From: Escherichia coli
GTDB lineage: Bacteria; Pseudomonadota; Gammaproteobacteria; Enterobacterales; Enterobacteriaceae
Assembly: GCF_024223415.1 (NCBI RefSeq)
Contig: NZ_CP100500.1
Reading direction: 5' to 3' (one strand)
Length of the DNA: 64,000 nucleotides
The notes beneath the pieces were generated by a model. That model saw only the letters and a program-made list of their open reading frames with translations. It had not been told where the DNA came from and searched no databases. Positions 1 through 9,007 of this stretch are shown here, piece after piece (positions within the stretch are counted from its first letter, which is position 1; each line of letters begins with the position of its first letter). Both the position numbers and the translations under genes were made by a program.

Positions 1-205
1 TTTTTGGCGGTTACCATCGCCTCACCTTCCTGGTTCACACAAAGCAACCCTGATTTTCCATGAAAACTTCAGGGTTGAGCCAAAAGCACAAAGACAGTAG
101 ATTAACCAAGGGTACCCGCCACCTGCCAACAGGAACGGTATCCAGTACGTATTAATGACTGACAATTCACATTGCTGTTTTGCCCGCCAGAAGGTGGGCA
201 TTTTT
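1..205 (+). repeat. Tandem repeat unit 1 (~200 bp): 8-bp-stem hairpin near 46-78, then intrinsic terminator; sRNA-like, unrecognised; array continues left of window
   Basis: Window opens inside a T-run matching unit ends; about 80% identity to 203-410 over the core; GC hairpin plus T7 at 3' end. Confidence 0.5.
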
Positions 206-207
206 TT
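181..207 (+). terminator. Rho-independent terminator of repeat unit 1
   Basis: gcccgcc-agaa-ggtgggc hairpin followed by T7. Confidence 0.6.
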
Positions 208-410
208 GGCAGTTATCATGGACGCACCTTCATGACACATATTAAGCAGACCTGATTTTTCCATGAAAAATTCATGGTTGAGACAAAAGCACAAAAACAG
301 TAGATTAACCACGGGTGCCTGCCACCTGACAACAGGAAGGGGTGTCCATTATCCATGATATACAAACGAAAAGTCTTGTCTTTTGCCCGCCGTTGCGCGG
401 GCTTTTTTTT
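203..410 (+). repeat. Tandem repeat unit 2, paralogous to unit 1; 3' third diverged
   Basis: Aligns with 1-205 (shared tttttggc..ccacctt..cctgatttt(t)ccatgaaaa..ggttgag.caaaagcacaaa.acagtagattaacca.gggt.cc.gccacctg.caacaggaa); ends in GC hairpin plus T9. Confidence 0.5.
383..410 (+). terminator. Rho-independent terminator of repeat unit 2
   Basis: gcccgc-cgtt-gcgggc perfect hairpin followed by T9. Confidence 0.65.
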
Positions 411-440
411 TGCCACCCTCACCAGTGAGGGTACCATCAT

Positions 441-662
441 TCAGAGGCGCGTAAGCCACCCGGCGTTAACATCCTGCCCGTCAACCCTGACCGCAGAGTC
501 TGAACGGCAGGCACCGGAAGCAGTACCAAAAACACCTCTGACAAGTTCCGCCACCTTCCCGATATCATCAGGCGCCACATTCCTCACCTCGACAGTGATC
601 CGTGGCGTACCATCATCGTTAACAAGCGTGGCTTTAAGGCTGGTACGACGGGCAAATAACAT
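441..662 (-). CDS. Hypothetical 73-aa protein (MLFARRTSLKATLVNDDGTPRITVEVRNVAPDDIGK...), function unknown
   Basis: Internal ATG of ORF-track ORF 441..728(-); GGAGG-containing SD (cgaagGGAGGgggtgttgATG) about 8 nt upstream; no family recognised; lies antisense to a + strand terminator-bounded segment. Confidence 0.35.
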   Translation of the reverse strand: MLFARRTSLKATLVNDDGTPRITVEVRNVAPDDIGKVAELVRGVFGTASGACRSDSAVRVDGQDVNAGWLTRL

Positions 663-721
663 CAACACCCCCTCCCTTCGGTTCGTTGCACTGGCAGCAC
701 GATACCACCAGGAAAAAGAAA

Positions 722-755
722 AGCCCACAACGTCAGGATTGCGGGCTTTTTTTCT
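722..755 (+). terminator. Rho-independent terminator closing the segment upstream of the copA promoter
   Basis: gcccacaa-N8-ttgcgggc hairpin (one mismatch) followed by T7. Confidence 0.55.
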
Positions 756-820
756 TCAAAAATGGACACTACGTGGACACTGATTAAATAATCCTTTCTT
801 AATCAGACTGTTAAAATGCT

Positions 821-851
821 TGACCTTCCCCTTGCTGGAAGGTTTAACCTT
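821..851 (+). promoter_or_regulatory. copA promoter with CueR (MerR-family) operator: TTGACC -35, 19-bp spacer containing the CCTTCC..GGAAGG dyad, -10
   Basis: ttgaccttccccttgctggaaggtttaacct about 40 nt upstream of the copA ATG; long-spacer MerR-type architecture. Confidence 0.8.
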
Positions 852-889
852 TATCACAGCCAGTCAAAACTGTCTTAAAGGAGTGTTTT

Positions 890-3394
890 ATGTCACAAAC
901 TATCGACCTGACCCTGGACGGCCTGTCCTGCGGTCACTGCGTTAAACGCGTGAAAGAAAGTCTCGAACAGCGCCCGGATGTGGAACAAGCGGATGTGTCT
1001 ATCACTGAAGCGCACGTTACCGGGACTGCCAGTGCAGAACAGCTGATCGAAACCATCAAACAAGCGGGTTATGACGCATCTGTAAGCCACCCAAAGGCTA
1101 AACCGCTGGCGGAGTCATCAATCCCGTCGGAAGCACTGACAGCGGTTTCTGAGGCGCTTCCGGCAGCGACCGCCGATGACGATGACAGCCAGCAGTTGCT
1201 GCTGAGCGGCATGAGCTGCGCCAGCTGTGTCACCCGCGTACAAAATGCGTTGCAAAGCGTACCGGGCGTCACTCAGGCACGGGTAAACCTGGCGGAGCGT
1301 ACTGCGCTGGTGATGGGCAGTGCCTCCCCACAAGATTTAGTGCAGGCGGTGGAAAAAGCGGGCTACGGTGCGGAAGCGATTGAAGATGACGCGAAACGCC
1401 GCGAGCGCCAGCAAGAAACCGCCGTCGCTACGATGAAGCGCTTCCGCTGGCAGGCAATTGTTGCATTGGCTGTGGGTATCCCGGTAATGGTCTGGGGGAT
1501 GATCGGCGATAACATGATGGTCACCGCTGACAACCGCAGCCTGTGGTTGGTTATCGGCCTGATAACCCTGGCAGTGATGGTTTTCGCCGGCGGCCATTTT
1601 TACCGCAGTGCATGGAAAAGCCTGCTGAACGGTGCAGCGACGATGGATACGCTGGTGGCGCTGGGTACTGGCGTGGCGTGGCTCTATTCGATGAGCGTCA
1701 ACCTGTGGCCGCAATGGTTCCCGATGGAAGCGCGACATCTTTATTACGAAGCCAGCGCGATGATTATCGGTCTGATTAATCTCGGCCATATGCTGGAAGC
1801 GCGCGCACGTCAGCGTTCTTCAAAGGCGCTGGAGAAATTACTCGATTTAACTCCGCCGACGGCGCGCCTGGTTACTGACGAAGGTGAAAAAAGCGTGCCG
1901 CTGGCGGAAGTTCAGCCAGGCATGCTACTGCGCCTGACGACGGGCGACCGCGTGCCAGTAGATGGCGAGATTACCCAGGGCGAAGCATGGCTGGATGAAG
2001 CGATGCTGACGGGCGAACCTATTCCGCAGCAAAAAGGCGAAGGCGATAGCGTCCATGCCGGTACAGTGGTACAGGACGGTAGCGTGCTGTTTCGCGCCAG
2101 TGCGGTTGGTAGCCATACCACGCTATCAAGGATCATTCGTATGGTGCGCCAGGCCCAGAGCAGTAAGCCAGAAATCGGTCAGCTGGCGGATAAAATCTCA
2201 GCCGTATTTGTGCCGGTAGTAGTGGTTATTGCGCTTGTCAGTGCGGCAATCTGGTATTTCTTTGGTCCGGCACCGCAGATTGTCTATACCCTGGTGATTG
2301 CCACCACGGTGCTGATTATTGCCTGCCCGTGTGCGCTGGGGCTGGCGACGCCGATGTCGATTATTTCCGGCGTCGGGCGGGCGGCTGAGTTTGGCGTGCT
2401 GGTGCGGGACGCCGACGCGCTGCAACGCGCCAGTACACTCGATACCGTCGTGTTCGATAAAACCGGGACGCTGACCGAAGGGAAGCCGCAGGTTGTCGCA
2501 GTGAAAACATTTGCTGATTTTGACGAAGCGCAGGCGCTGCGTCTGGCGGCGGCACTGGAACAAGGTTCCAGCCATCCGCTGGCACGGGCGATCCTCGATA
2601 AAGCAAGCGATATGCAGCTGCCGCAGGTCAACGGTTTCCGCACATTGCGCGGGCTGGGCGTGAGCGGTGAAGCTGAAGGTCATGCGTTATTGCTGGGCAA
2701 TCAGGCGCTGTTAAATGACCAGCAAGTTGATACTAAAGCGATTGAAGCAGATATTTCAGCTCAGGCATCGCAAGGGGCAACGCCTGTGCTGCTGGCGGTT
2801 GACGGGAAAGCGGTAGCCCTGCTGGCTGTACGCGATCCGTTGCGTAGTGATAGCGTGGCGGCGCTGCAACGTCTGCATAAAGCGGGATATCGTCTGGTGA
2901 TGTTGACCGGGGATAACCCAACCACCGCCAATGCGATCGCCAAAGAAGCAGGGATTGATGAGGTGATCGCCGGGGTGCTGCCGGACGGTAAAGCCGAAGC
3001 GATTAAACGCCTGCAAAGTGAAGGACGTCAGGTGGCAATGGTGGGCGACGGCATTAACGACGCGCCAGCGCTGGCTCAGGCGGATGTCGGCATTGCGATG
3101 GGTGGCGGCAGTGATGTTGCTATTGAAACCGCGGCGATTACCCTGATGCGCCATAGCCTGATGGGTGTTGCGGATGCGCTCGCTATTTCCCGCGCAACGC
3201 TGCGCAACATGAAGCAGAACCTGCTCGGCGCGTTTATCTACAACAGTATCGGTATTCCGGTTGCCGCCGGTATTTTGTGGCCGTTTACTGGAACACTGCT
3301 TAACCCGGTGGTTGCCGGAGCGGCAATGGCGCTCTCGTCGATTACCGTAGTGAGTAACGCCAACCGGTTGCTGCGGTTTAAACCGAAGGAATAA
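890..3394 (+). CDS. copA: Cu(I)-exporting P-type ATPase CopA, 834 aa
   Basis: ORF track; two N-terminal GxxCxxC metal-binding domains, CPC, DKTGT and GDGIND motifs. Confidence 0.97.
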   Translation: MSQTIDLTLDGLSCGHCVKRVKESLEQRPDVEQADVSITEAHVTGTASAEQLIETIKQAGYDASVSHPKAKPLAESSIPSEALTAVSEALPAATADDDDSQQLLLSGMSCASCVTRVQNALQSVPGVTQARVNLAERTALVMGSASPQDLVQAVEKAGYGAEAIEDDAKRRERQQETAVATMKRFRWQAIVALAVGIPVMVWGMIGDNMMVTADNRSLWLVIGLITLAVMVFAGGHFYRSAWKSLLNGAATMDTLVALGTGVAWLYSMSVNLWPQWFPMEARHLYYEASAMIIGLINLGHMLEARARQRSSKALEKLLDLTPPTARLVTDEGEKSVPLAEVQPGMLLRLTTGDRVPVDGEITQGEAWLDEAMLTGEPIPQQKGEGDSVHAGTVVQDGSVLFRASAVGSHTTLSRIIRMVRQAQSSKPEIGQLADKISAVFVPVVVVIALVSAAIWYFFGPAPQIVYTLVIATTVLIIACPCALGLATPMSIISGVGRAAEFGVLVRDADALQRASTLDTVVFDKTGTLTEGKPQVVAVKTFADFDEAQALRLAAALEQGSSHPLARAILDKASDMQLPQVNGFRTLRGLGVSGEAEGHALLLGNQALLNDQQVDTKAIEADISAQASQGATPVLLAVDGKAVALLAVRDPLRSDSVAALQRLHKAGYRLVMLTGDNPTTANAIAKEAGIDEVIAGVLPDGKAEAIKRLQSEGRQVAMVGDGINDAPALAQADVGIAMGGGSDVAIETAAITLMRHSLMGVADALAISRATLRNMKQNLLGAFIYNSIGIPVAAGILWPFTGTLLNPVVAGAAMALSSITVVSNANRLLRFKPKE
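1090..1096 (+). other. Programmed -1 ribosomal frameshift site in copA (slippery C CCA AAG) giving the short CopA(Z) chaperone
   Basis: cac cca aag gct at codons 67-70; the -1 frame reads aaa ggc taa and stops at once; reported for E. coli copA. Confidence 0.6.
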
Positions 3395-3399
3395 GTACG

Positions 3400-3524
<125 letters not shown>

Positions 3525-3592
3525 TGAACTGCACCCCAAATGTTGGACATAATCTGACATCTGAAGGTGCAGTTTATGAAACATTCATTTGA

Positions 3593-4096
3593 AGTAAAAC
3601 TGCCGCTGTAAATCATTACCTGGCCGGTCATGCAGGCATCATTTCTACGGCAAAACTCTTTCAACTTTCTCACACCAGCCTCTCACACTGGATTAATCTT
3701 TTTCTTCTTCACGGTCCTCAGGCACTGGATTGCAGACACAAGCGTAGCTATTCTCCTGAAGATAAACTTTGCGTGGTTCTTTATGCTCTCGGGCATTCTG
3801 AGTCTCTACCCCGGGTAGCTGCCCGGTTTAACATTCCCAGCCACAACATGGTTAAAAACTGGATAAAAGGCTACCGCAAATCTGGTAATGAGGCCTTTAT
3901 CAGGCGCAGGAAGGAGAAAAGCATGACCCGTTCTGATGATACCCATGAAAACGAGGCAAACATGACGCCGGAAGAGATGAAGAATGAGCTGCGTTATCTT
4001 CGCGCAGAAAATGCATATCTGAAAGCCATGCAGGAGCATCTCCTGGAAAAAAAGCGCCAGGAGCTGGAGAAAAAACGAAAGTCATCCAGAGCCTGA
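3593..4096 (+). CDS. IS3-family transposase OrfA (HTH); frame open from 3593 but no in-frame ATG, ORF track starts it at GTG 3773; likely 5' frameshifted
   Basis: Translation ..VNHYLAGHAGIISTAKLFQLSHTSLSHWINLF..RVAARFNIPSHNMVKNWIKGYRKSGNEAF.. plus leucine-zipper-like C-terminus; upstream ATG near 3576 is in another frame and stops after 11 codons. Confidence 0.6.
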   Translation, partial: SKTAAVNHYLAGHAGIISTAKLFQLSHTSLSHWINLFLLHGPQALDCRHKRSYSPEDKLCVVLYALGHSESLPRVAARFNIPSHNMVKNWIKGYRKSGNEAFIRRRKEKSMTRSDDTHENEANMTPEEMKNELRYLRAENAYLKAMQEHLLEKKRQELEKKRKSSRA

Positions 4097-4200
4097 AGTG
4101 CGGACACTGCCAGTCTGACCTGTTAAAGGCTGCAGGGCTGGCCAGAAGCACGCTGTACTACCAGCTGTCACTGCAGAAGGCTAAGGACAAGTATGCTGAT

Positions 4201-4955
<755 letters not shown>

Positions 4956-5122
4956 GTAAGCGTCGCATCAGGCAATGGTACTCGGATGCCGGATGCGGCG
5001 TGAACGCCTTATCCGGCCTACGGTTCAGGCACAGGTTTGTAGGCCTGATAAGACGCGTAAGCGTCGCATCAGGCAATGGTGCTCGGATGCCGGATGCGGC
5101 GTGAACGCCTTATCCGGCCTAC
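4956..5122. repeat. REP/BIME cluster, right part, immediately downstream of ybaQ
   Basis: Repeated gccggatgcggcgtgaacgccttatccggcctac and gcctgataagacgcgtaagcgtcgcatcaggc units. Confidence 0.8.
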
Positions 5123-5144
5123 GAGATGAAGCGATGTTTTGGCC

Positions 5145-5486
5145 TTACGCGACCTTTTTTGCACGCTCTTCACGGCGTGCCAAATATTCAGCCACTGTTT
5201 CAATCCGTCCCAATTCTTCCTGGGTACGCATGTTGTTTTCAACTTCCCAAAGATCAACTGCCGCCTGGAGGTTTAGCCAAAAATCGACTGTGGTATCAAA
5301 AACTTTCGCCAGACGGAATGCCATTTCAGTGGTGAGTTTACGATTATTATTGATCAGTGTACTGACGCTATTACGATGAACATGCAGCAACTCTGCTAAC
5401 TCATTGATTTTCAAAGAGAGCGGTTCCAGATATTCATAGAGAAGAATATCTCCGGGTGTCGTCGGTTTTCTTGTTGCCTGTTTCAT
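5145..5486 (-). CDS. ybaQ: HTH-type transcriptional regulator YbaQ, 113 aa
   Basis: ORF track, start set at MKQATRKPTT from recalled protein. Confidence 0.9.
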   Translation of the reverse strand: MKQATRKPTTPGDILLYEYLEPLSLKINELAELLHVHRNSVSTLINNNRKLTTEMAFRLAKVFDTTVDFWLNLQAAVDLWEVENNMRTQEELGRIETVAEYLARREERAKKVA

Positions 5487-5623
5487 AGTTTTTAACTGTT
5501 GCTTCCCTGTGAATAGCGATACAAGAACATACTGAATCATACAAACACATTAAACAAGTCCCCAACTCCATTTGCGCCATCCCTCCCCGCGCGCTAGCAT
5601 GATATTTCACAAAGGGAGGTCGT

Positions 5624-6418
5624 ATGGATCTGTTGTACCGGGTAAAAACGCTTTGGGCCGCGCTGCGCGGTAATCATTACTCCTGGCCTGCCATCGATAT
5701 CACCCTCCCCGGCAATCGCCATTTTCATCTGATTGGCAGTATTCATATGGGTAGCCACGATATGGCTCCCCTGCCCGCCCGTTTGCTCAAAAAGCTCAAA
5801 AACGCCGATGCGCTGATCGTCGAGGCGGATGTTTCCACCAACGATACGCCTTTTGCTAATTTGCCTGCCTGCGAGGCGCTGGAAGAGCGCATTAGCGAGG
5901 AGCAACTCCAAAAACTGCAGCACATTAGCCAGGAGATGGGCATTTCTCCCTCACTCTTTTCTACCCAACCGCTGTGGCAAATCGCGATGGTTCTTCAGGC
6001 GACGCAGGCACAAAAACTGGGGCTGCGGGCAGAATACGGTATCGATTACCAGCTATTGCAGGCGGCGAAGCAACAACATAAACCCGTGATTGAACTGGAA
6101 GGGGCGGAAAACCAGATTGCCATGTTGCTCCAGCTCCCTGACAAAGGACTGGCGCTGCTGGACGATACGCTGACCCACTGGCATACCAACGCACGGTTGC
6201 TGCAACAAATGATGAGCTGGTGGCTGAATGCGCCGCCGCAAAATAATGAAATAACGCTGCCCAATACGTTCAGTCAGTCGCTGTACGATGTGCTGATGCA
6301 TCAGCGAAATCTCGCCTGGCGGGATAAATTACGCGCCATGCCGCCGGGGCGATATGTGGTCGCGGTCGGTGCACTACACCTGTATGGAGAAGGGAATTTG
6401 CCGCAAATGTTGCGCTAA
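5624..6418 (+). CDS. ybaP: TraB-family protein YbaP, 264 aa
   Basis: ORF track; recalled protein and synteny. Confidence 0.9.
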   Translation: MDLLYRVKTLWAALRGNHYSWPAIDITLPGNRHFHLIGSIHMGSHDMAPLPARLLKKLKNADALIVEADVSTNDTPFANLPACEALEERISEEQLQKLQHISQEMGISPSLFSTQPLWQIAMVLQATQAQKLGLRAEYGIDYQLLQAAKQQHKPVIELEGAENQIAMLLQLPDKGLALLDDTLTHWHTNARLLQQMMSWWLNAPPQNNEITLPNTFSQSLYDVLMHQRNLAWRDKLRAMPPGRYVVAVGALHLYGEGNLPQMLR

Positions 6419-6500
6419 AAAAATGGCCAATATCGCTATTGGCCCGTCAAAGAGGAATTTCATTTTTTTATTATTATGCCGTCACTTTAAGCGACGGTGT
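6417..6500 (-). ncRNA. chiX: Hfq-dependent sRNA ChiX (MicM/SroB)
   Basis: Reverse complement reads ACACCGTCGCTTAAAGTGACGG...GGCCAATAGCGATATTGGCCATTTTTTT, matching recalled ChiX; ybaP-ybaK intergenic; 3' T-run overlaps the ybaP stop. Confidence 0.9.
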
Positions 6501-6606
6501 AACTCGATTGTCGCTCAATCTCACCATCCTGCCAATACTCTTAGGCAAGATGACTCTTTTTTTTGGACCGCCATCAGGCGTATGCTTGCTTCGTTTTTTT
6601 GTTTAA

Positions 6607-7101
<495 letters not shown>

Positions 7102-7104
7102 GCA

Positions 7105-7133
7105 TTGTGCCGGATGCGAACATCCGGCACTTT
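7105..7133. terminator. Hairpin between convergent ybaK and ushA, likely bidirectional terminator
   Basis: gccggatgcgaacatccggc palindrome in the 36-bp gap. Confidence 0.5.
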
Positions 7134-7137
7134 CGGA

Positions 7138-8790
7138 TTACTGCCAGCTCACCTCACCTTTCGGTTCATAAACACTCACATCCAGCGGCGAGCTTTTCTG
7201 GATATACGCTTTCAGCACTTCGGCATCAATAAAGCCGGTATTCACATAGCCCGGTTTGTTATCAAGGCGCGGATATCCATCACCGCCGGTGGCATTGAAG
7301 TTTAATGTCGCCATACGGTAAGTTTTCGCTGGATCGACCGGTTCGCCTTTGATTTTAAGGTCGTTCAGTTTGCCGTCTTTCGCCACAAAGCTAACGTTGG
7401 CAAATTGCGGGTAGGCACCTGAATCTGGCTTCATTTGTGCGACGGCTGTCAGGTAATCAATCACCTCTTTACCGGTCATGTCGGCATACACCACCACATT
7501 GCCGAATGGCTGCACTTTCAGCACGTTTTTATAGCTGATATCGCCAGCTTCGATAGAATCACGAATTCCTCCTCCGCTCATCACCGCAAAGTCGGCACCA
7601 GTGCGATCCATTTGTGCTGCCAGAATCAACCGCCCCATATTGGTCTGTACAAAACGCACTTTGTCACGATCGCCTTCCAGACGACCATTGGTTTCGCCTA
7701 TTTTCACTTCCAGCTGCGCTTTGCCTTTGTTCTGGAACGGTGATAACAGCGAGATCATTTGCTGGTTTTCAGCGATTTCCGGGGTGTACAGCACGCGCTC
7801 GCTTTTCCCGTCTTCCCAGGTCACTTTCTTCTTCAGGTTCACCGGAATCAGCTGGTAGTTAACCATTTTCATTTCGCCGTTGCGAAACTCAAAGTCGGCC
7901 CGTCCCACGTATTTGCCCCACTCATGCGCCTGTACAATCCAGATGCCGTTTTGTTGATCCGGTTTGCATGGCGTACCTGGAACGTAATCTACCTGCTTTT
8001 TATTTTCCGCTGCCATACAGACTGGATCTTGCGAGTGACCGCCGACAATCATCGCCAGCGATCCGGCAGGCAACGCGCGTGCCATCTCCACATCGCCCGG
8101 TGCGTTAGAACCGTGATCGCCGTTATCGTAATGCCCCATATGTGTCGCCGCGATAATAATGTCTGGCTTTTCTGTCTGTTGCAGCTCCTGAATCACCAGC
8201 TTCGCTTCATCGGCGGGCTTACGGAACTCAATATCGGTGAAGTTTTCTGGGTTGCCTAACTTCGCTGTGTCATCCGTCGTCAGACCAATAACGGCAATTT
8301 TCAGATCCTGACGCTTAAACAGCGCCCATGGTTTAAACAGGCGCTCGCCGGTACTTTTCTGGTAGATATTGGCAGAAAGTAACGGGAACTTTGCCCACTT
8401 TTCCTGCTGGCGTAATACGGTGAGCGGGTTATCAAATTCATGATTACCGATCGCCATCGCGTCATAGCCCACCAGATTCATACCGCGAAAATCAGGTTCG
8501 GCATCCTGTAAGTCAGACTCGGGCACGCCAGTGTTAATGTCGCCACCGGAAAGTAGCAGCACGCTACCGCCTTCAGCCGCAACCTCTTTGCGGATACCAT
8601 CCACCAGCGTTTTTTGCGCCGCCAGACCATATTCGCCATATTCATTGCGCCAAAAATGCCCATGATGATCATTGGTATGCAGAACTGTAATTTTGTAGGT
8701 TTTATCCTGCTCATACGCCAGAGCAGCTTCACTCGCCAGTGTAAATGTGGTTAACAGTGCTAACGCCACGCCCCGCTGCAATAATTTCAT
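7138..8790 (-). CDS. ushA: UDP-sugar hydrolase / 5'-nucleotidase UshA, 550 aa, periplasmic
   Basis: ORF track; signal peptide MKLLQRGVALALLTTFTLASEA, metallophosphatase motifs. Confidence 0.95.
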   Translation of the reverse strand: MKLLQRGVALALLTTFTLASEAALAYEQDKTYKITVLHTNDHHGHFWRNEYGEYGLAAQKTLVDGIRKEVAAEGGSVLLLSGGDINTGVPESDLQDAEPDFRGMNLVGYDAMAIGNHEFDNPLTVLRQQEKWAKFPLLSANIYQKSTGERLFKPWALFKRQDLKIAVIGLTTDDTAKLGNPENFTDIEFRKPADEAKLVIQELQQTEKPDIIIAATHMGHYDNGDHGSNAPGDVEMARALPAGSLAMIVGGHSQDPVCMAAENKKQVDYVPGTPCKPDQQNGIWIVQAHEWGKYVGRADFEFRNGEMKMVNYQLIPVNLKKKVTWEDGKSERVLYTPEIAENQQMISLLSPFQNKGKAQLEVKIGETNGRLEGDRDKVRFVQTNMGRLILAAQMDRTGADFAVMSGGGIRDSIEAGDISYKNVLKVQPFGNVVVYADMTGKEVIDYLTAVAQMKPDSGAYPQFANVSFVAKDGKLNDLKIKGEPVDPAKTYRMATLNFNATGGDGYPRLDNKPGYVNTGFIDAEVLKAYIQKSSPLDVSVYEPKGEVSWQ

Positions 8791-9007
8791 ACTTCTCTCC
8801 CTGACCTGATTTCAACGTGTTGAAAAATAGTATGACGCGACATCATAGACAAGTCTGCGTCCGGTGAAGATAAATCTGCATCCAGATTAGAAATTCTGTA
8901 TTCAGCGTTGAGACTTCCTTCAGGCGGCGCATACAGGTATGTTAGTCGGGTAATAATCACAAATAAGATCATTCTTTACATCGCAACCCTGAAAAAGTGA
9001 CTTTCCT

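Noticed and set aside
1-410. Retron msr-msd or type III toxin-antitoxin (ToxI-like) interpretation of the tandem units
   Set aside because: No reverse transcriptase or ToxN-like gene is adjacent within the window, and the units are ~200 bp rather than the ~36-nt repeats of ToxI; this cannot be fully excluded because the array continues off the left edge.
22-440. Minus-strand ORFs 22..312 and 216..440 sharing the peptide PWLIYC.CAF
   Set aside because: The shared peptide is just the tandem repeat read in one frame; the start codons fall inside the + strand terminator hairpins with no SD, and between copies the differences are not biased to synonymous sites.
355-783. 142-aa + strand ORF spanning repeat unit 2 end to the copA promoter
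   Set aside because: It reads through two intrinsic terminators, has a serine/threonine/leucine-rich non-protein-like composition, and contains no ATG beyond its first codon.
4975-5379. 134-aa ORF starting in the BIME and running into ybaQ antisense
   Set aside because: Starts inside REP repeats and overlaps ybaQ on the other strand; REP palindromes routinely create spurious ORFs.
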